Shown in pieces: positions 30,751 through 43,281 of a stretch of DNA of 64,000 bases (positions within the stretch are counted from its first letter, which is position 1; each line of letters begins with the position of its first letter). The stretch lies in the NCBI GenBank assembly GCA_034226945.1, contig CP120454.1, positions 1,178,001-1,242,000 of the forward strand. Direction: 5' to 3'. A program made the translations under genes and the position numbers. Below the pieces are notes generated by a model. That model searched no databases. It was not told where the DNA came from and saw nothing but the letters and a program-made list of their open reading frames with translations. The stretch comes from Picochlorum sp. SENEW3 (Eukaryota).

Positions 30751-33700
30751 ATGCAAAATAGTATTTTGATACAGAGTGATATGGGGCTGGGTGCTCGCAA
30801 GCATGGGCTCACATTGGTGGCTGGAGGTGTCCAAAGGCCGATACGACAGCAGTCCTTGTCCCGATGCTGTTCTGGGCGCAAGGGTCCGAGGCTGCTGTCG
30901 AATCAAGAGGCACGAATCACCTCTATAATTCCTGTGTGTAGGGCAGTCGGTATGGAGACATCAAGGAAGGAGACGAGTCAGAGACCCTTATTGTCAGAGG
31001 AGGACTGCAGGAAACTAACCCCATTGCATGCTGGGAATATTTACGAAAACCCTGCGCTTCCGATGATCAAAACAGCCAATGATCTGGCTGTTGGGCTGAA
31101 GACAAATTTGGAGGATGGGATTGTGTCCAGTTCAGAGGATGAACGGCGCAATAAATATGGGGCAAATTCTGTGGTAAAGCCAGAGCCACCATCTTTTTTC
31201 AAGTTGATCTTGGATGCATTGAACGAATTTACAGTATTGACGTTGATTGGTGCGGGAGGTGTTTCGCTGGTTCTAGAGTTGTGGTTGGCAGCAAAAGAGG
31301 GCAGAGATGCCAATGTCATAGAGAGTGTCAGCATACTGGCTGCAGTTGTTGTCGTCGTCCTGGTCTCTGCCGGAAACAATTGGCAGAAAGAGAGGCAGTT
31401 TCGAGCTTTAGAAGAAGTGCAGTCTAAATCGGTCGTTCGAGCGATTCGTGATGGGGTGGAGATTAGTTTGCCAGTTGAGCGGGTTGTTGTTGGGGATTTG
31501 CTCATGTTGGAGACTGGTGACATTTTATGTGCTGATGGAGTGTTGGTGCGCGGATTCAACATAAGGTACGAAAATAACGTATTTGATAGCGTGTTATGTC
31601 ATTGTATGACGGCAACGCGGTGTCTTCATGTCTTACAGAGTGGACGAATCTCATTTGACAGGGGAGTCTGATGAAGTTTCCAAGGAGCAGTGCTCGTCCC
31701 AAGCTCTATACAGTGGCAGTAAACTTTTGTCTGGAGTCGGTTTTATGCTCGTAACCAGTGTTGGAAGCAATTCACAATCAGGAATGATTGCTGATATGAT
31801 TTCCGGTGAAAATAACGGCAGTCAAATGGCTTTGAATCTCCTGGATGAAGAAACTGTTCTACAAAAGAGGTTGGCTGCGTATGCCTCAACGATTGGTATA
31901 TTTGGAGTCGCTGCAGCAGTTACGACTACACTGATTATGAGTGGAAAGTTTACGCTTGATACGTTCATTCTAGGAGAAAGCACATGGGATATTGATTATT
32001 TGGAGCAATACCTCGAGTTTTTCATCACAGGAGTCACAATATTGGTATGGTGCTTTCTATCACTATTTTTTTTCTGATGCGCCTCTTTTTTGCCGTGAAT
32101 ACTTCCAATATGTCATTTGTTTTTGGTTTTTCTGTATTTAGGTTGTTGCGATACCAGAAGGGCTTCCTCTTGCAGTCACCATATCCCTTGCCTATTCTGT
32201 GATGAGAATGCTTGACGATAACAATCTTGTGAGGCATTTGTCAGCAGCAGAAACCATGGGTACAGCTACAGTGATTTGCACAGATAAAACCGGCACGTTG
32301 ACTCAAAATATCATGGCCATTACCAAGGTGTGGCTTTCTGGAAAAGAGTTTATGCTCACAGACATTGAACAAGAGGAAGCTGGGTTGGCTACTCATGCCT
32401 CTGAAAATCAGATGTCCGAGTTTAATACAGACATTCGGCATTTGCTAACTGAAGCTATTGCTCTCAACTCGACAGCGAAAATATTAAAGGATTCAGATGG
32501 AAACATCACAAAGAGTGGAAATAGGACAGAACTGGCATTGTTGGGAATCCTACCTTTTCTAGGAAGTCCAATGGTGTTCTCAACGGACTACAAAAAGGCA
32601 CAGAAGGATGAGTATGAAGCGTTCGTGGTTGGGCAGCAACCGTTTACTTCTGATCGAAAGCGCATGGCATCAGTGGTTCTGATGAAGTACAAGGACGGAT
32701 CATCTAAGTTTCGTCTATATGTGAAAGGTGCTGCAGAAGTAATTCTTGCCAAATGTACACAGGCTTTGCATTATAATGGTACCATGATGCCTCTTGATGA
32801 GGAAGCAAAAGAAGGAATATTAGAATCAATGCATGGTGATGGACGAAGGTATGTCTTCTCTCCATATGTTGCATTCATGTCACTGGGTTTGCAAACAAAC
32901 AAGCATATTTATTTCTCACATTAATTCATGCAGGCTGCTGTGTGTTGCCTACAAAGATTTAGATGTTGATGTCCCTGACGACGAGGTGGCAATGTGCAAA
33001 TTCACTGAATCACCACGGACTCTGTTTCAGCCAGAAGAAGTGGATGATTTTGAACACAGCCTTACAGCCATATTCATCGCTGGGATCTCTGATCCTCTAC
33101 GCCCAGAGGTTAGAAGCGCAATTGAAAGCTGCAAAAAAGGTGGGATTTCTGTGCGAATGTTTACTGGTGACAATCAAGTGACTGCCGCAAGCATTGCAGC
33201 TGATTGTGGAATCTTAACTGATGATGATTTTGGGCCAAATGCTGTCTTGCCCAGCGAAGAATTCATAAAAAGAATTAAAAACTCTCAAGATGAAGTAGAT
33301 AGGGAAAGTTTCTTAGAGAATTGGAGAGATATTAGGGTCCTCGCACGATGTAGCCCTTCTGACAAGTATACAATTGTCGAGTCTTTGAAGCGTTTCACCG
33401 ATGAAATTGTTGCCGTCACAGGGGACGGGACAAACGATGCCCCTGCGCTACGAATAGCCAATGTGGGATTCGCGATGAATGATGGGACTCAAATCGCCAA
33501 GGAAGCTGCTGACATCATCCTGGTGGACAACAATTTTGCATCGACAGTCAGTGCTGCACTCTGGGGCAGAAATGTCTACTCCAACATCTCCAAATTTCTC
33601 CAGTTCCAGCTCACCGTGAACCTTGTTGCCCTTATTACGGCCGCAGGGGGTGCTATTGCCTCTGCAGAGTCTCCGTTAACAACAGTGCAGATGCTCTGGG

Positions 33701-34310
33701 TCAATTTAATCATGGACTCCCTGGCATCACTCGCACTGGCTACAGGCTATCCAGATATTTCGCTACTAGAGCAAAAGCCATACAAGAAAGGTACGCAGCT
33801 TGTTTTGCTTACATGATTATTATACATCTGCCAAGAGTCTGCAGGAATCACTTTGGTCACGCATATGGTGCAGATCACAACTTTGTAGACATCAATGGAC
33901 CACTCCCAAAGCATATTCTTGGCCAAGCTGCATTTCAGCTCATGGTCATGGCTTGGCTGCTCGGACCCGGACCAAATGTGTTAGGTATTGATCGACATAT
34001 TGTTGGCAGTGGAGCCTCTGTACATCACACACTGGTCTTCAATTCATTCGTGATGATGCAACTGTTCAACCAACTGAATTCTCGACAAATTGAGGACTCA
34101 AGAAGCATTTTGGAGAACATTCAGAACGAAACCTTATTTCAGTATGTCTTGGGCTGTGAACTGATCTTCCAATTCATCATCATTCAGTATGGAGGGCAAG
34201 TATTCTCGACAGTACCACTACGTCCAGCTGAATGGAGCATATCATTAGGCTTTGGAGCCATGTCCCTGTTACTCAGAGAGGTGATTAGACGGATCTCACC
34301 AAAAGACTAA
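30751..34310 (+). CDS. ACA: P-type IIB Ca2+-ATPase (introns 31566-31638, 32045-32141, 32849-32933, 33791-33873)
   Basis: VDESHLTGE, VVAIPEGLPLAVT, DKTGTLT, KGAAE, DPLRP, TGDN, GDGTNDAPAL, FQLTVN, LWVNLIMD. Start at 30751 or 30781. Confidence 0.92.
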
Positions 34311-34447
34311 CGAATCTGACATATTTAAATGTAAAACTTACTGTGTCTATTGACTACTCAATCGACAGTGTTTGCCACAGAATGGACAGGCACGTCGTTT
34401 GAGGGCAGAATCGTTCAAATTCACAAAATCCCCCCAAGGCATTAAGA

Positions 34448-36622
34448 ATGGAAAACGGGCATGTCAGTATGGAACATGGTGCAAAAATCGAAGATTTACG
34501 CCAGCATGTGTCTCGCCTGAGCAAAAGCTTTCTGGAACTGCGCTATCAACTGTCTCACGAGAGTGCAAAACTTTTGGCCTGTTTTCCTGAGAAAGAATGG
34601 CCAATGGATCAAGCAGGCCGCGTATTTGATATGGTTGAAGATATTAAGATCAACAATGCGTGTCAATACTACCTGCAGTACCTGGCAGAACTGCAAGGTC
34701 TTGTCAAGTCTACAGAGAAACTGGTTAGGTTGGCTCAGCGGTCCTCTAAAAAGGAAGATGCGCGTTCTCTGCATATCGAGAACATCACAAATGCAGTAGA
34801 TGCGTCAAAGAAATGCATGTCATATGTCTTTGGTATGGATGAGCTGGCCAGCAAGGTTGCTGAGAATGGTATTGATTTGAAAGATACTGGCCATACTGTT
34901 AGACAAGGGGCAAAGGCAGTAGCAACCCAGACGAGGCATATCCTGTCCTTGTCGATTCAAAGATGCTTGAGAGAATCCATCTGGCCACCTCCGCTCCTTC
35001 CATCACAGAAAAATGCAGACAGAGGTGATGAATGGAAAGGTTTTGAACTGGCAGGAGATGCTGTGTTTGGCGAGCTGCAGCAGCTCCTGGTTCTCATGAC
35101 ATCGCTACAGATTGCTATAGAATATTATACTTTTAGTAACTTGGATCAAACCTCAGATGTACGGGGGACAACCCTGTGGATTGCAGAGGAGTTTGCAGAT
35201 CCAGTGAATGCTTGGTTGATGGCACACTTTGCACCAAAGATGGCAACATGCAGGCCTGAGAAGCCCGAGTGGTTATTTTCTGCTGCACTGCATGCAACAA
35301 AGGTGTGTATAGGGTACATGGATCTGTTTGATCCGTGCATAGAAGCTCATGGAATTCACATGTATTTCCACATGGCTCGTGAATTTGCAAAGAGCACAAT
35401 CTGTGGATTGCGAAAGGTTGTCCGCGGTATCTTCCTACCATTACTCTTTGATCAGAATGATGTTTCGTATATACTTCATTATGTGGACGAAGCTGTGAAG
35501 TTTGAGTCGAATTTCCTAGCACTGCGGGTTGATATGCTGCTTGGTGAAGAGGACAGTGATAACGCCAGCCATGCAGACTCCATGATTGAAGTCTTGTTTG
35601 ACAACGAAGAATGGACAAGTGCATGGATTAATGCAGAGCAAGAAGAGGCGGAGCAAAGAATTAGAGGCTTGACAAATGATCCTCTTGGGTGGAAGCCAAA
35701 AGTGTATTCAGATGGGCTTGGAACAGATGATGTCAGCACTGAGCATCTAGGGTCATTGCACGAATTTTATCCACCAGTTATTGTCACAAATTCTGTTGAG
35801 ATATTAGTCGATCTCATGAGTCGGACAAAGTATATTCATTCTCCAGAGCACAAGTTGGTGTGGTGTAGGTATGTAGTGAAGGCAGCACTTGATACGCTGT
35901 CACACCATTTCAAATCCGAAATCACACGGTGCGAGCAATTTGAGCACCTCATTGATGATATTGGACTCCCAATCATAGGCGGATGTCTCAATGGATTGCA
36001 TTATTTGGAGCATTTACTTCGAGAGCCCAGTGGCGTCCTGTTAGAAACATTGGCATTATCACCAGACATTGATCGTTTCTTGGAGAAGGAGACAAATACT
36101 CTCGCGATCTTAAGACGAAAATGGACAAACAAACTAGTCACGTTGGCCATGAAGTTCATTTTTACCCGTTTCGTGCAGTTCCAATTGTCTCTTGCAGATG
36201 AGGATGATGGAGACTCCAGTGTGAGAATTATTGAGCTCAGAAATCAGATTTCAGCTCTTTTGAATGAACTTTCCAAGCATTTAGATCAAGTAATTTTCAG
36301 AGAAGCATGGAAAGGGATAGCTATGACGACAAACGATTCATTCGTGGAAGATATTCAGGCGCTGCAGGGCATATCAGCACATCACGTGACCAAGCTCTCT
36401 GAACACTTGGAGATTCTCACATCTGCATTCTCTTCGTTCACTCGAAGACCAGAATCTTACTTTAAGCAATCAGTAGAATGTATCAGGCTCTTGTCCTTGG
36501 ACAGACAGATGATTGAAAGGGCGCTTCAAATGGATTCCGCAGGAGATGACATACAAACGTTTCTGCACTTGCAGCACATTGCCGTCTCTGATGCGATCAA
36601 ACTGCTCTCAAAGCGGGCGTGA
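34448..36622 (+). CDS. RINT1/TIP20 (MAG2-like) tethering complex subunit
   Basis: 724 aa helical protein with WP motif, HF....T.RPEKPEWLF, HYVDEAVKFE and a RPESYF C-terminal pattern. Confidence 0.8.
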   Translation: MENGHVSMEHGAKIEDLRQHVSRLSKSFLELRYQLSHESAKLLACFPEKEWPMDQAGRVFDMVEDIKINNACQYYLQYLAELQGLVKSTEKLVRLAQRSSKKEDARSLHIENITNAVDASKKCMSYVFGMDELASKVAENGIDLKDTGHTVRQGAKAVATQTRHILSLSIQRCLRESIWPPPLLPSQKNADRGDEWKGFELAGDAVFGELQQLLVLMTSLQIAIEYYTFSNLDQTSDVRGTTLWIAEEFADPVNAWLMAHFAPKMATCRPEKPEWLFSAALHATKVCIGYMDLFDPCIEAHGIHMYFHMAREFAKSTICGLRKVVRGIFLPLLFDQNDVSYILHYVDEAVKFESNFLALRVDMLLGEEDSDNASHADSMIEVLFDNEEWTSAWINAEQEEAEQRIRGLTNDPLGWKPKVYSDGLGTDDVSTEHLGSLHEFYPPVIVTNSVEILVDLMSRTKYIHSPEHKLVWCRYVVKAALDTLSHHFKSEITRCEQFEHLIDDIGLPIIGGCLNGLHYLEHLLREPSGVLLETLALSPDIDRFLEKETNTLAILRRKWTNKLVTLAMKFIFTRFVQFQLSLADEDDGDSSVRIIELRNQISALLNELSKHLDQVIFREAWKGIAMTTNDSFVEDIQALQGISAHHVTKLSEHLEILTSAFSSFTRRPESYFKQSVECIRLLSLDRQMIERALQMDSAGDDIQTFLHLQHIAVSDAIKLLSKRA

Positions 36623-36721
36623 TGCGCATTATTAATGGTTAAAAATAATAAAAATAGGTCATTTTTATGAATGTAATTCATGTACTGTGCGAGATTGATC
36701 CTTGTCTAGAGCAAAGTCACA

Positions 36722-39174
36722 ATGAGCAGTTCAGACTCGACAAAACGGGCGACCCTAGAGTCTGGAAGAAGAAAGGTGAGTCATGCTGCGCAGCATGCTG
36801 ATTGATGAGCTGATATCCACACTTAATGGCCTAGCAGCCTCAAAACTCGAGGATAGACTGAACAGCCAGTTGTCATCCTAACTGCCTTTAATTTTTTTTA
36901 CAGTTGGAGGAATTCCGTCGCAAAAAGGAGGCCGCATTGGCTGGAAGAAAGTCTAGTATTTCATCACAATCTAAAACTGTAGATGAGAAAGCTTCTATTG
37001 AAGTATATGAACGGGAAGAAAGTTTGAAATCTCAAATTGCAGAATTGCTTGGAAGCGTGGATGATCTGCATCGTTCTCTGCAGGATGAGCGATATAATTC
37101 TTCAATGCTAGAGGATACAATAGCAGAGCTCCGCAAAGAGATTTCAGAGGCCAAATCTGCAGAGAATCAGGAAGGGCTGGTGGCTGACCTGGAACAGGCC
37201 AAAGCAAGCCTTGAGGCTGAGCGAGACGCTCTTCTTTCAGAGCTGGAAAATACCAAGGAACAAGTTTCAGAGGTCGAAGATATGAAACAAAGAATGCTTG
37301 AAATGGAGACTGAGATTGATGCGGTGAGAAGAGCCCATGAATCTGATAAGGAAGTGATGGGCAATCTGGTTGCCAAAAATGAAGAGCTTGAGGCGGTTCA
37401 CGATCAATTGGCGTTGAAATTGAGAGACTCTGATCTTAAATTTCAGGAAGAAATAGAAAGGTTGCGAGAGGAGAACGAGTCGCTGAAAAGTGCCATGGCT
37501 AGTAATGAAGTTGATGCAGGGAATCAGCAAAAGCTGGAGGTAATGCTTGCTGAATCTTCAGGCCGGCTGTCAGATCTCCAGGTTGAGAATGAGACACTGC
37601 AAGCACAAGTAGAAGAGCTTTCAAATGTTCAGCAGTCGTATGAGCAGGCTCGGTCAGAATTGAGCAGTGCGTTGGAAGTTGTTTCTGCTCGCCAACATGA
37701 GATTGATGAACTTCGCAAAGAATTGAAGGAGATTGCAGAGTCAGAGGATCATGAAGAGTCATTGAAAGAGCTTCAAGAGCGATACGACGCATTAGCAGCC
37801 GAATTTGAAAAGAAAACAGCAATGTTTGTGTCAAATGAGGATGAGATTGAAAGAATGGTTCAGAATGCTCAATCAGCATCTGAAAGCCTGGCGACGGAGA
37901 AAGAAAGCCTGGCAAATGAACTTGATCAAGTTTCAGAGGAAAAGGCTTTGCTGATGCAAAAAGTGTCCGAGTTGCAGTACAAGATACAGGGAGATGCATC
38001 TCTCCAAGAAGCAGCAGCAGAAAAAGATGGCATGATTAGCCGCCTGCAAACTGATCTGGACCAAGTCATGAGTCAACTCGAGCGTGTGTTGGAAGAAAAA
38101 GAAGTTCTTGATAACCAGAATAAGGAAATTTTGGAGTTGACAGAGATAGCGCAGTCAAAGGCTGAACAGCTTGAGGCAGATCTGGTTGATGCTGGGAATG
38201 TAGCAGAGGAAGCTATCACCCAAAGAGAGGAGATCTCTCTAAAGTTACAAGCTTTGAATGAAAACTATGAGGCGTTACGTCTCCAGAAAGATGGCCTTGC
38301 AGACGAAAACGAGAATCTGAGATCCCAAGTTGAGAGTCTGGAATCTTCTGCCCCAACAGAAAAGATTGGAGAACTGGCAGATGCTCTAGAGCAAGAGAAA
38401 ACCCACCGACAGCAGCTTGAAGTCGAAATCGAAAGATTGAAAGGACTGGAAGTAACATTTAACTCACAACTTGAGGAGTATGAAACAAAATGTGAGAGTG
38501 CTGAAAGCAAATCCCGCGAACTCCAAAATATGGTGGATAGCCTGAAAACTATGGAGGCAGAGCTACGACAACAATGCGCTGGAATGGAAGGACAAATTGC
38601 TGATCTGACTACTCAATTGCAACAAAACGGGGAGGATTCGGCATATGAAGAGGAAGCCAAGAGATTGACACAGGCAAACTCAGTGCTCCAGACTGAATTG
38701 CAGACTGTCCGGAACGAGCTTACAAATACTAAATCACAGATATCAGAGTTGGCAGAAGTAGCTAGACAAAATGCCTCAAATGTACCAGCTCGGCTGGAGC
38801 AGCAAATGGCTGCAATCAGGGAGGAGTTGGAGAGCACTCGAGAACAACTCAGCACAGAGAAGAGAAGGACATCCCAGCTTGAAGATTTTCTTGCACGGCA
38901 GAAGAAAGATTCCGAAGCAACATCTGCTGGATCTGGCAATAAAAAAGAAGATGATGTAGCTGATATGGAAGCGGCCGCTTTGGCAGGCGGAAGTGCATTC
39001 AAGCCAATTGTTGGCCTGATTAGAAGCTTGCCAAGTCCTTTTGGCAACAACAGCATACTGACATCTGCTGCATTACAAGTTGACAAAGCTGTCGTGGCTC
39101 TAGATGCTCGACCGCAGTACAGGGCATTGGTTATCGTTTACTTTTTCATTCTTCACTTCCTGGTGCTCATGTAA
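36722..39174 (+). CDS. Golgin-like long coiled-coil protein with a C-terminal TM anchor (intron 36776-36903)
   Basis: Exon 1 MSSSDSTKRATLESGRRK|GTGAGT...TTACAG|LEEFRRKK. About 650 aa of E/K/L/Q heptads. Golgin-84/CASP-type TM PQYRALVIVYFFILHFLVLM. Confidence 0.8.
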
Positions 39175-39187
39175 TTCATTTGAGGTT

Positions 39188-40576
39188 TCAATGTTTAAAA
39201 GGCAATCGTCTCAAGACAACATCACACGAATTCCATAAACAACCCAACTCGGCAGCAAGAGATGTGAGTGCAAATGTCAAAGTACTCCACTCTGCTGTAT
39301 TTTCTGTTCTCGAACTGCTCCCATCAGAGATACCAGACTGGTCTGCAGAAGATTCAGCAGAATCCTCCATAGAGAAAGAAAAATCCCTTTCCAAGTCCCT
39401 AAGCGTGGAGGAAAACCGCTGATACTTTTCTAAAGATTGTAGACGACCGTTTACCCCCATATCTTCCCAATTACGAACGGAATGGACCATGTCCAGCAGA
39501 ACTTTTGAATCCAGACTACGGTGCATTGGGAATTGATTTTGAATCTCAACCACAACCCCTCTCATCCTTTCTCCTATACTCCTCAATACCGCAGTTTCTT
39601 TTTCTTGAAGTTCTACATCACTATCACAAACATCATGCCAATCTTCTAGGGCCTTTTCGACGGTGAATAATCCTCTGGCCACCCGCCGCACTGCATTTGC
39701 CATGTCACACAAATCCTCCGAAGGCAAATGCTTCACATCTGACAAAGAATCCGCCCTAAAAGTCAACCGAGGGGCTAGAACCAACTGGTTTTTAGATGTA
39801 CAAGAGATCAAAACCTCTGCTGCTGACGCCTGCAAATTATCCTCCATCTTTGATAAACTCTCATACATCTCAGTTAGTGCATTCTCCATATTCCTAGCAC
39901 TAAACTCCTCACGTCCCATCAAAGGCGTTTCTATATCGTGTCCAACCAGATCATCATCCTGCACAGAGAGATACTGTTTCCACACACCTTTGATCAGGTA
40001 CAAAATGTTTTCCAACGCATCATCCATATTATGTAATGACTCCACAGTGGCACTCTTTGGAAAAATCACCACTGACAAGAGCAACATAATCAGCACGCCC
40101 AACAGTATGCCAGAGACTCGTGCTATGGCAAACAATTCTACATCTTTTCCCGTCTCCGCCGCAAATGTAATGAGCAACAGTGTGATGACAAACAGCTTGG
40201 CTGATGTATTAAGTTTCCATTTCTTCCCATAAATGACACTCAAACCTGCGAGTAGTCCCGCAGACAAACTCATGAAAATGCCATCTGTCACTTCCCCAAA
40301 CACATGCAGACCAAGCTGATGTACAACATAGCCTACGCTGCCTCCAAGCACTGTACCAACCAGCCTTTCTGTACCTACTTGACTAAGCTCGCCGAGTAAC
40401 GGATGAGCCACAATGGCAGCCGTGATGGCTGCCCATTTGCATGCACCTTTTATTTCATCGCTATAGACCAAATGCTCTGGGCCTACCACACCAAAACCGA
40501 CGAGGCAAGGCAAGGTCACACCCAGAACAAGCCTTAAACTTCGCCTCAGATGCTCGGGTTTCGTCGTCGGAAGCAT
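39188..40576 (-). CDS. ALMT: ALMT / aromatic acid exporter family membrane protein
   Basis: WAAITA.IV..P..G....G.ERLVGT.LGG, FVITLLLI, ARV..I.LG...LLSVVIFP, followed by a soluble C-terminal half. Confidence 0.75.
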   Translation of the reverse strand: MLPTTKPEHLRRSLRLVLGVTLPCLVGFGVVGPEHLVYSDEIKGACKWAAITAAIVAHPLLGELSQVGTERLVGTVLGGSVGYVVHQLGLHVFGEVTDGIFMSLSAGLLAGLSVIYGKKWKLNTSAKLFVITLLLITFAAETGKDVELFAIARVSGILLGVLIMLLLSVVIFPKSATVESLHNMDDALENILYLIKGVWKQYLSVQDDDLVGHDIETPLMGREEFSARNMENALTEMYESLSKMEDNLQASAAEVLISCTSKNQLVLAPRLTFRADSLSDVKHLPSEDLCDMANAVRRVARGLFTVEKALEDWHDVCDSDVELQEKETAVLRSIGERMRGVVVEIQNQFPMHRSLDSKVLLDMVHSVRNWEDMGVNGRLQSLEKYQRFSSTLRDLERDFSFSMEDSAESSADQSGISDGSSSRTENTAEWSTLTFALTSLAAELGCLWNSCDVVLRRLPFKH

Positions 40577-40819
40577 CTGATATTTATATCATCTTTTTTA
40601 TTAATTTTCAGGACATATCCGAGGATGATATCGCTCATGGCATGTCCATGGGAAAAAGAAGGCAATACGACTGCTGCTGCTGCAGCAGCAGTCTGCTGCT
40701 AGGGCCAGGAAAGGAAATATGACCTCCATGTGGATGATGGTATTAAATGTGACGATTGCTCGAACAGAGATATCTTCTCTTTGGTCAATCTCATGATGAG
40801 AGATGCCCTATCATCATCA

Positions 40820-41665
40820 TCATCCTGGTCTAGATACCACAGCATCAATCCATTCTTTTGTGGCAGCAATAGATGTATAGACACCTGGAAATTTCGATTT
40901 TCCACATGCAACCGACCAGCTGTTGACAGCTACAAGGAATGCGTCCGGGCCCTTTCTCGCGATGAGTGGACCTCCTGAATCCCCTCGACAATAATCCCTG
41001 CCGTTGATCAGATCCCCTGCACACAGCATGGCATCAGTGATCTCTCCATAGGACAAGAAGGATTCACCCCATTGCTGGCATATTGACTGAGGAATACGAG
41101 ATACCCGCGCTTCCATCAATTCATCTGATAGTTTATTCTGCTGAAAGTACAAATCACCCCATCCGGCGATGTACAGTTCCCGCTCTTGAGACTTTTCCAA
41201 GGGTCCATAACCTATTGGAGCTGCATCTGTCAGATTCCTATCTAGTATCAGAATGGCGATATCATAATCATACCATGCAGACTGATTAAATTCTGGATGT
41301 ATAATGGACTCCTTTATTCGAATGAGTGAGTCAAAACGTTTTTCCTGCACGTTGGCCGAGGAAATCACAGACAGTGTCAGGATGTCCACGTCATCCACTC
41401 CTCTGCCTGGCCGTGTCACACAATGCGCCGCTGTCAAGACAATATGGGGCGTAATTAATGTTCCTCCACATGTATGGGCTCCATTTGAGTTTCTAAGAGA
41501 TACAAGAAATGGATATTCTGCTGCGTCTACTTGTTGACCGTTTACCACCTGGAGTCGTCTTCCGTGTCGTTCAGGCGTCTCCAATGCTCGTATCGCTCGA
41601 CAGCAATGACAATAATACATCAAAATTAAATATATACATGTGTGTGAGGTTCGGAGCGAAATCAT
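40820..41665 (-). CDS. Trypsin-like S1A serine protease 1
   Basis: VVNG, CGGTLI, LTAAHC, DIAIL, DYCRGDSGGP, PGVYT. Confidence 0.9.
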   Translation of the reverse strand: MISLRTSHTCIYLILMYYCHCCRAIRALETPERHGRRLQVVNGQQVDAAEYPFLVSLRNSNGAHTCGGTLITPHIVLTAAHCVTRPGRGVDDVDILTLSVISSANVQEKRFDSLIRIKESIIHPEFNQSAWYDYDIAILILDRNLTDAAPIGYGPLEKSQERELYIAGWGDLYFQQNKLSDELMEARVSRIPQSICQQWGESFLSYGEITDAMLCAGDLINGRDYCRGDSGGPLIARKGPDAFLVAVNSWSVACGKSKFPGVYTSIAATKEWIDAVVSRPG

Positions 41666-41774
41666 TTTGAATTGCAACTGTGTAGCTCTAGGACAGATTG
41701 GTCATACAAGTCCAACCTTCCAGGACTGGCCTTGAGGCCAGACGAGCAAGCTTGTCTCCATGGACATGGCACCA

Positions 41775-41792
41775 ATATATATATATATATAT
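41775..41792. repeat. (AT)9 microsatellite
   Basis: atatatatatatatatat lies between protease genes 1 and 2. Confidence 0.9.
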
Positions 41793-41979
41793 GTGCCCAC
41801 ACGTCGTCATCCCAAGGTGTCTCTCTCTCTGGTGTTCGAACAACAAATGTGGCTTAAAATCTCGAGATGCATTCCAACGAATTCCTTTACATGGCCATGA
41901 ATGATATTGCTTTAGAAACATATGTGTCACGAATTCAGAGACAGGTATTGACAAGTGATTACCAATGAAATGCTTTGTA

Positions 41980-42936
41980 TTACAATCTTCCTTCTTCTTC
42001 CCATCTGTCGAGATAACTTTGAATCCACTCATTAAAGTATGGAACAGAAGAATACACGCCTGGAAGGCCAATGCGGCCACAGCCAATGCCCCAACTGACA
42101 ACACCTAGAAGGGTCGGGGTGTCATTCTCATCCATGAAAATCAGGGGACCCCCCGAGTCTCCCTGGCATGCATCGCGGCCATTGATGAGATCACCCGCGC
42201 AAATCATATTTTCTGTGATTTTACCGTATCCTAGAATCTCGTTGCACTTTTCATTGTCCACGAATCCAACCTCGGCCTGCATCAGGAATGGGCTGATAGT
42301 TGCAGCATTCTCAGACCGCAACCCCCATCCAGCAATTTTCAATACAGCATCTGATGGGACACTTGTTCCAGCAGGAGCCATAGGTATAACTTGAATGTCT
42401 TGCAGTGGTTCATTAAGCAGCAAGATGGCAATATCGCTGTCATGTGTTGCAGCATTATATCCTCCACGTACAACAGAGGCCTTGGTTCCTACTGTCTTTG
42501 AAGATCCCGATTCCACGTCTGTGCTCGTCATGACCAAGGGGATATCTGAACCTCTGCTTCGAACCGGCTCAATGCAATGAGCAGCAGTCACAATCACTTT
42601 GGGGTGCACAATGGAGCCAGCACAATAATGTTGTGAGCCAATTCTCAGGGACACCAGGAATGGATAGTCTTCGGCATTCGCAACCTCCCCGTTGATGATT
42701 CTGGATTCAAAATTCACGTCAAGCGAGTCGTCATTATTATCCAAAACAATGTCACCAAAATACGTTGTCAGTCTAGACTTTGATGGCTCGCGTCCTTGCT
42801 CCGCTTGGGGGCTGCCCAACGCGGAGACAATATCGTCTCTCTGACCCGCAGATGTGTGAACGAGCAGGGATACTCCAAGGCATATATATATAATGTTGGT
42901 TAAAAAGTTTCTGAATGCTTTATTCGCCATCGCCAT
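41980..42936 (-). CDS. Trypsin-like S1A serine protease 2
   Basis: Signal peptide, R-IING activation site, VTAAHC, DIAIL, DACQGDSGGP, VVSWG.GC, PGVYS. Confidence 0.92.
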   Translation of the reverse strand: MAMANKAFRNFLTNIIYICLGVSLLVHTSAGQRDDIVSALGSPQAEQGREPSKSRLTTYFGDIVLDNNDDSLDVNFESRIINGEVANAEDYPFLVSLRIGSQHYCAGSIVHPKVIVTAAHCIEPVRSRGSDIPLVMTSTDVESGSSKTVGTKASVVRGGYNAATHDSDIAILLLNEPLQDIQVIPMAPAGTSVPSDAVLKIAGWGLRSENAATISPFLMQAEVGFVDNEKCNEILGYGKITENMICAGDLINGRDACQGDSGGPLIFMDENDTPTLLGVVSWGIGCGRIGLPGVYSSVPYFNEWIQSYLDRWEEEGRL

Positions 42937-43281
42937 CGATTATCTAGGGTGATTCTGAAGATGCTGTTATTCTTGTATGCGTGACCCGGGTATCCGCGTT
43001 CTGAGAATGAATTCCTCGAAATTGTTTATTCTAGGTTATTATACTCATCCAATATATGCATTAAATATCACAACGTGATTGCACGGTGCAATTTGTTAAC
43101 AAAGCGTCTGTCGAGGATTCTAGGCGGTTTTCTTGTCGGAACTCCGATGTCGACTGTCCGGGATTCCGGTTCAAAAAATTCGACCGCCGTTTGCGAGTGG
43201 CGCCCAGCAGTTTCCGTAGCACGCCCTCATCGGCTGCTCGTGTTACACGATCATGATAGTATGTAAGTATTTCTATGTTTC

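Noticed and set aside
43080..43250. GC-richer spacer between proteases 2 and 3, considered as an ncRNA or tRNA
   Set aside because: No cloverleaf, box motif or convincing long stem could be built by eye.
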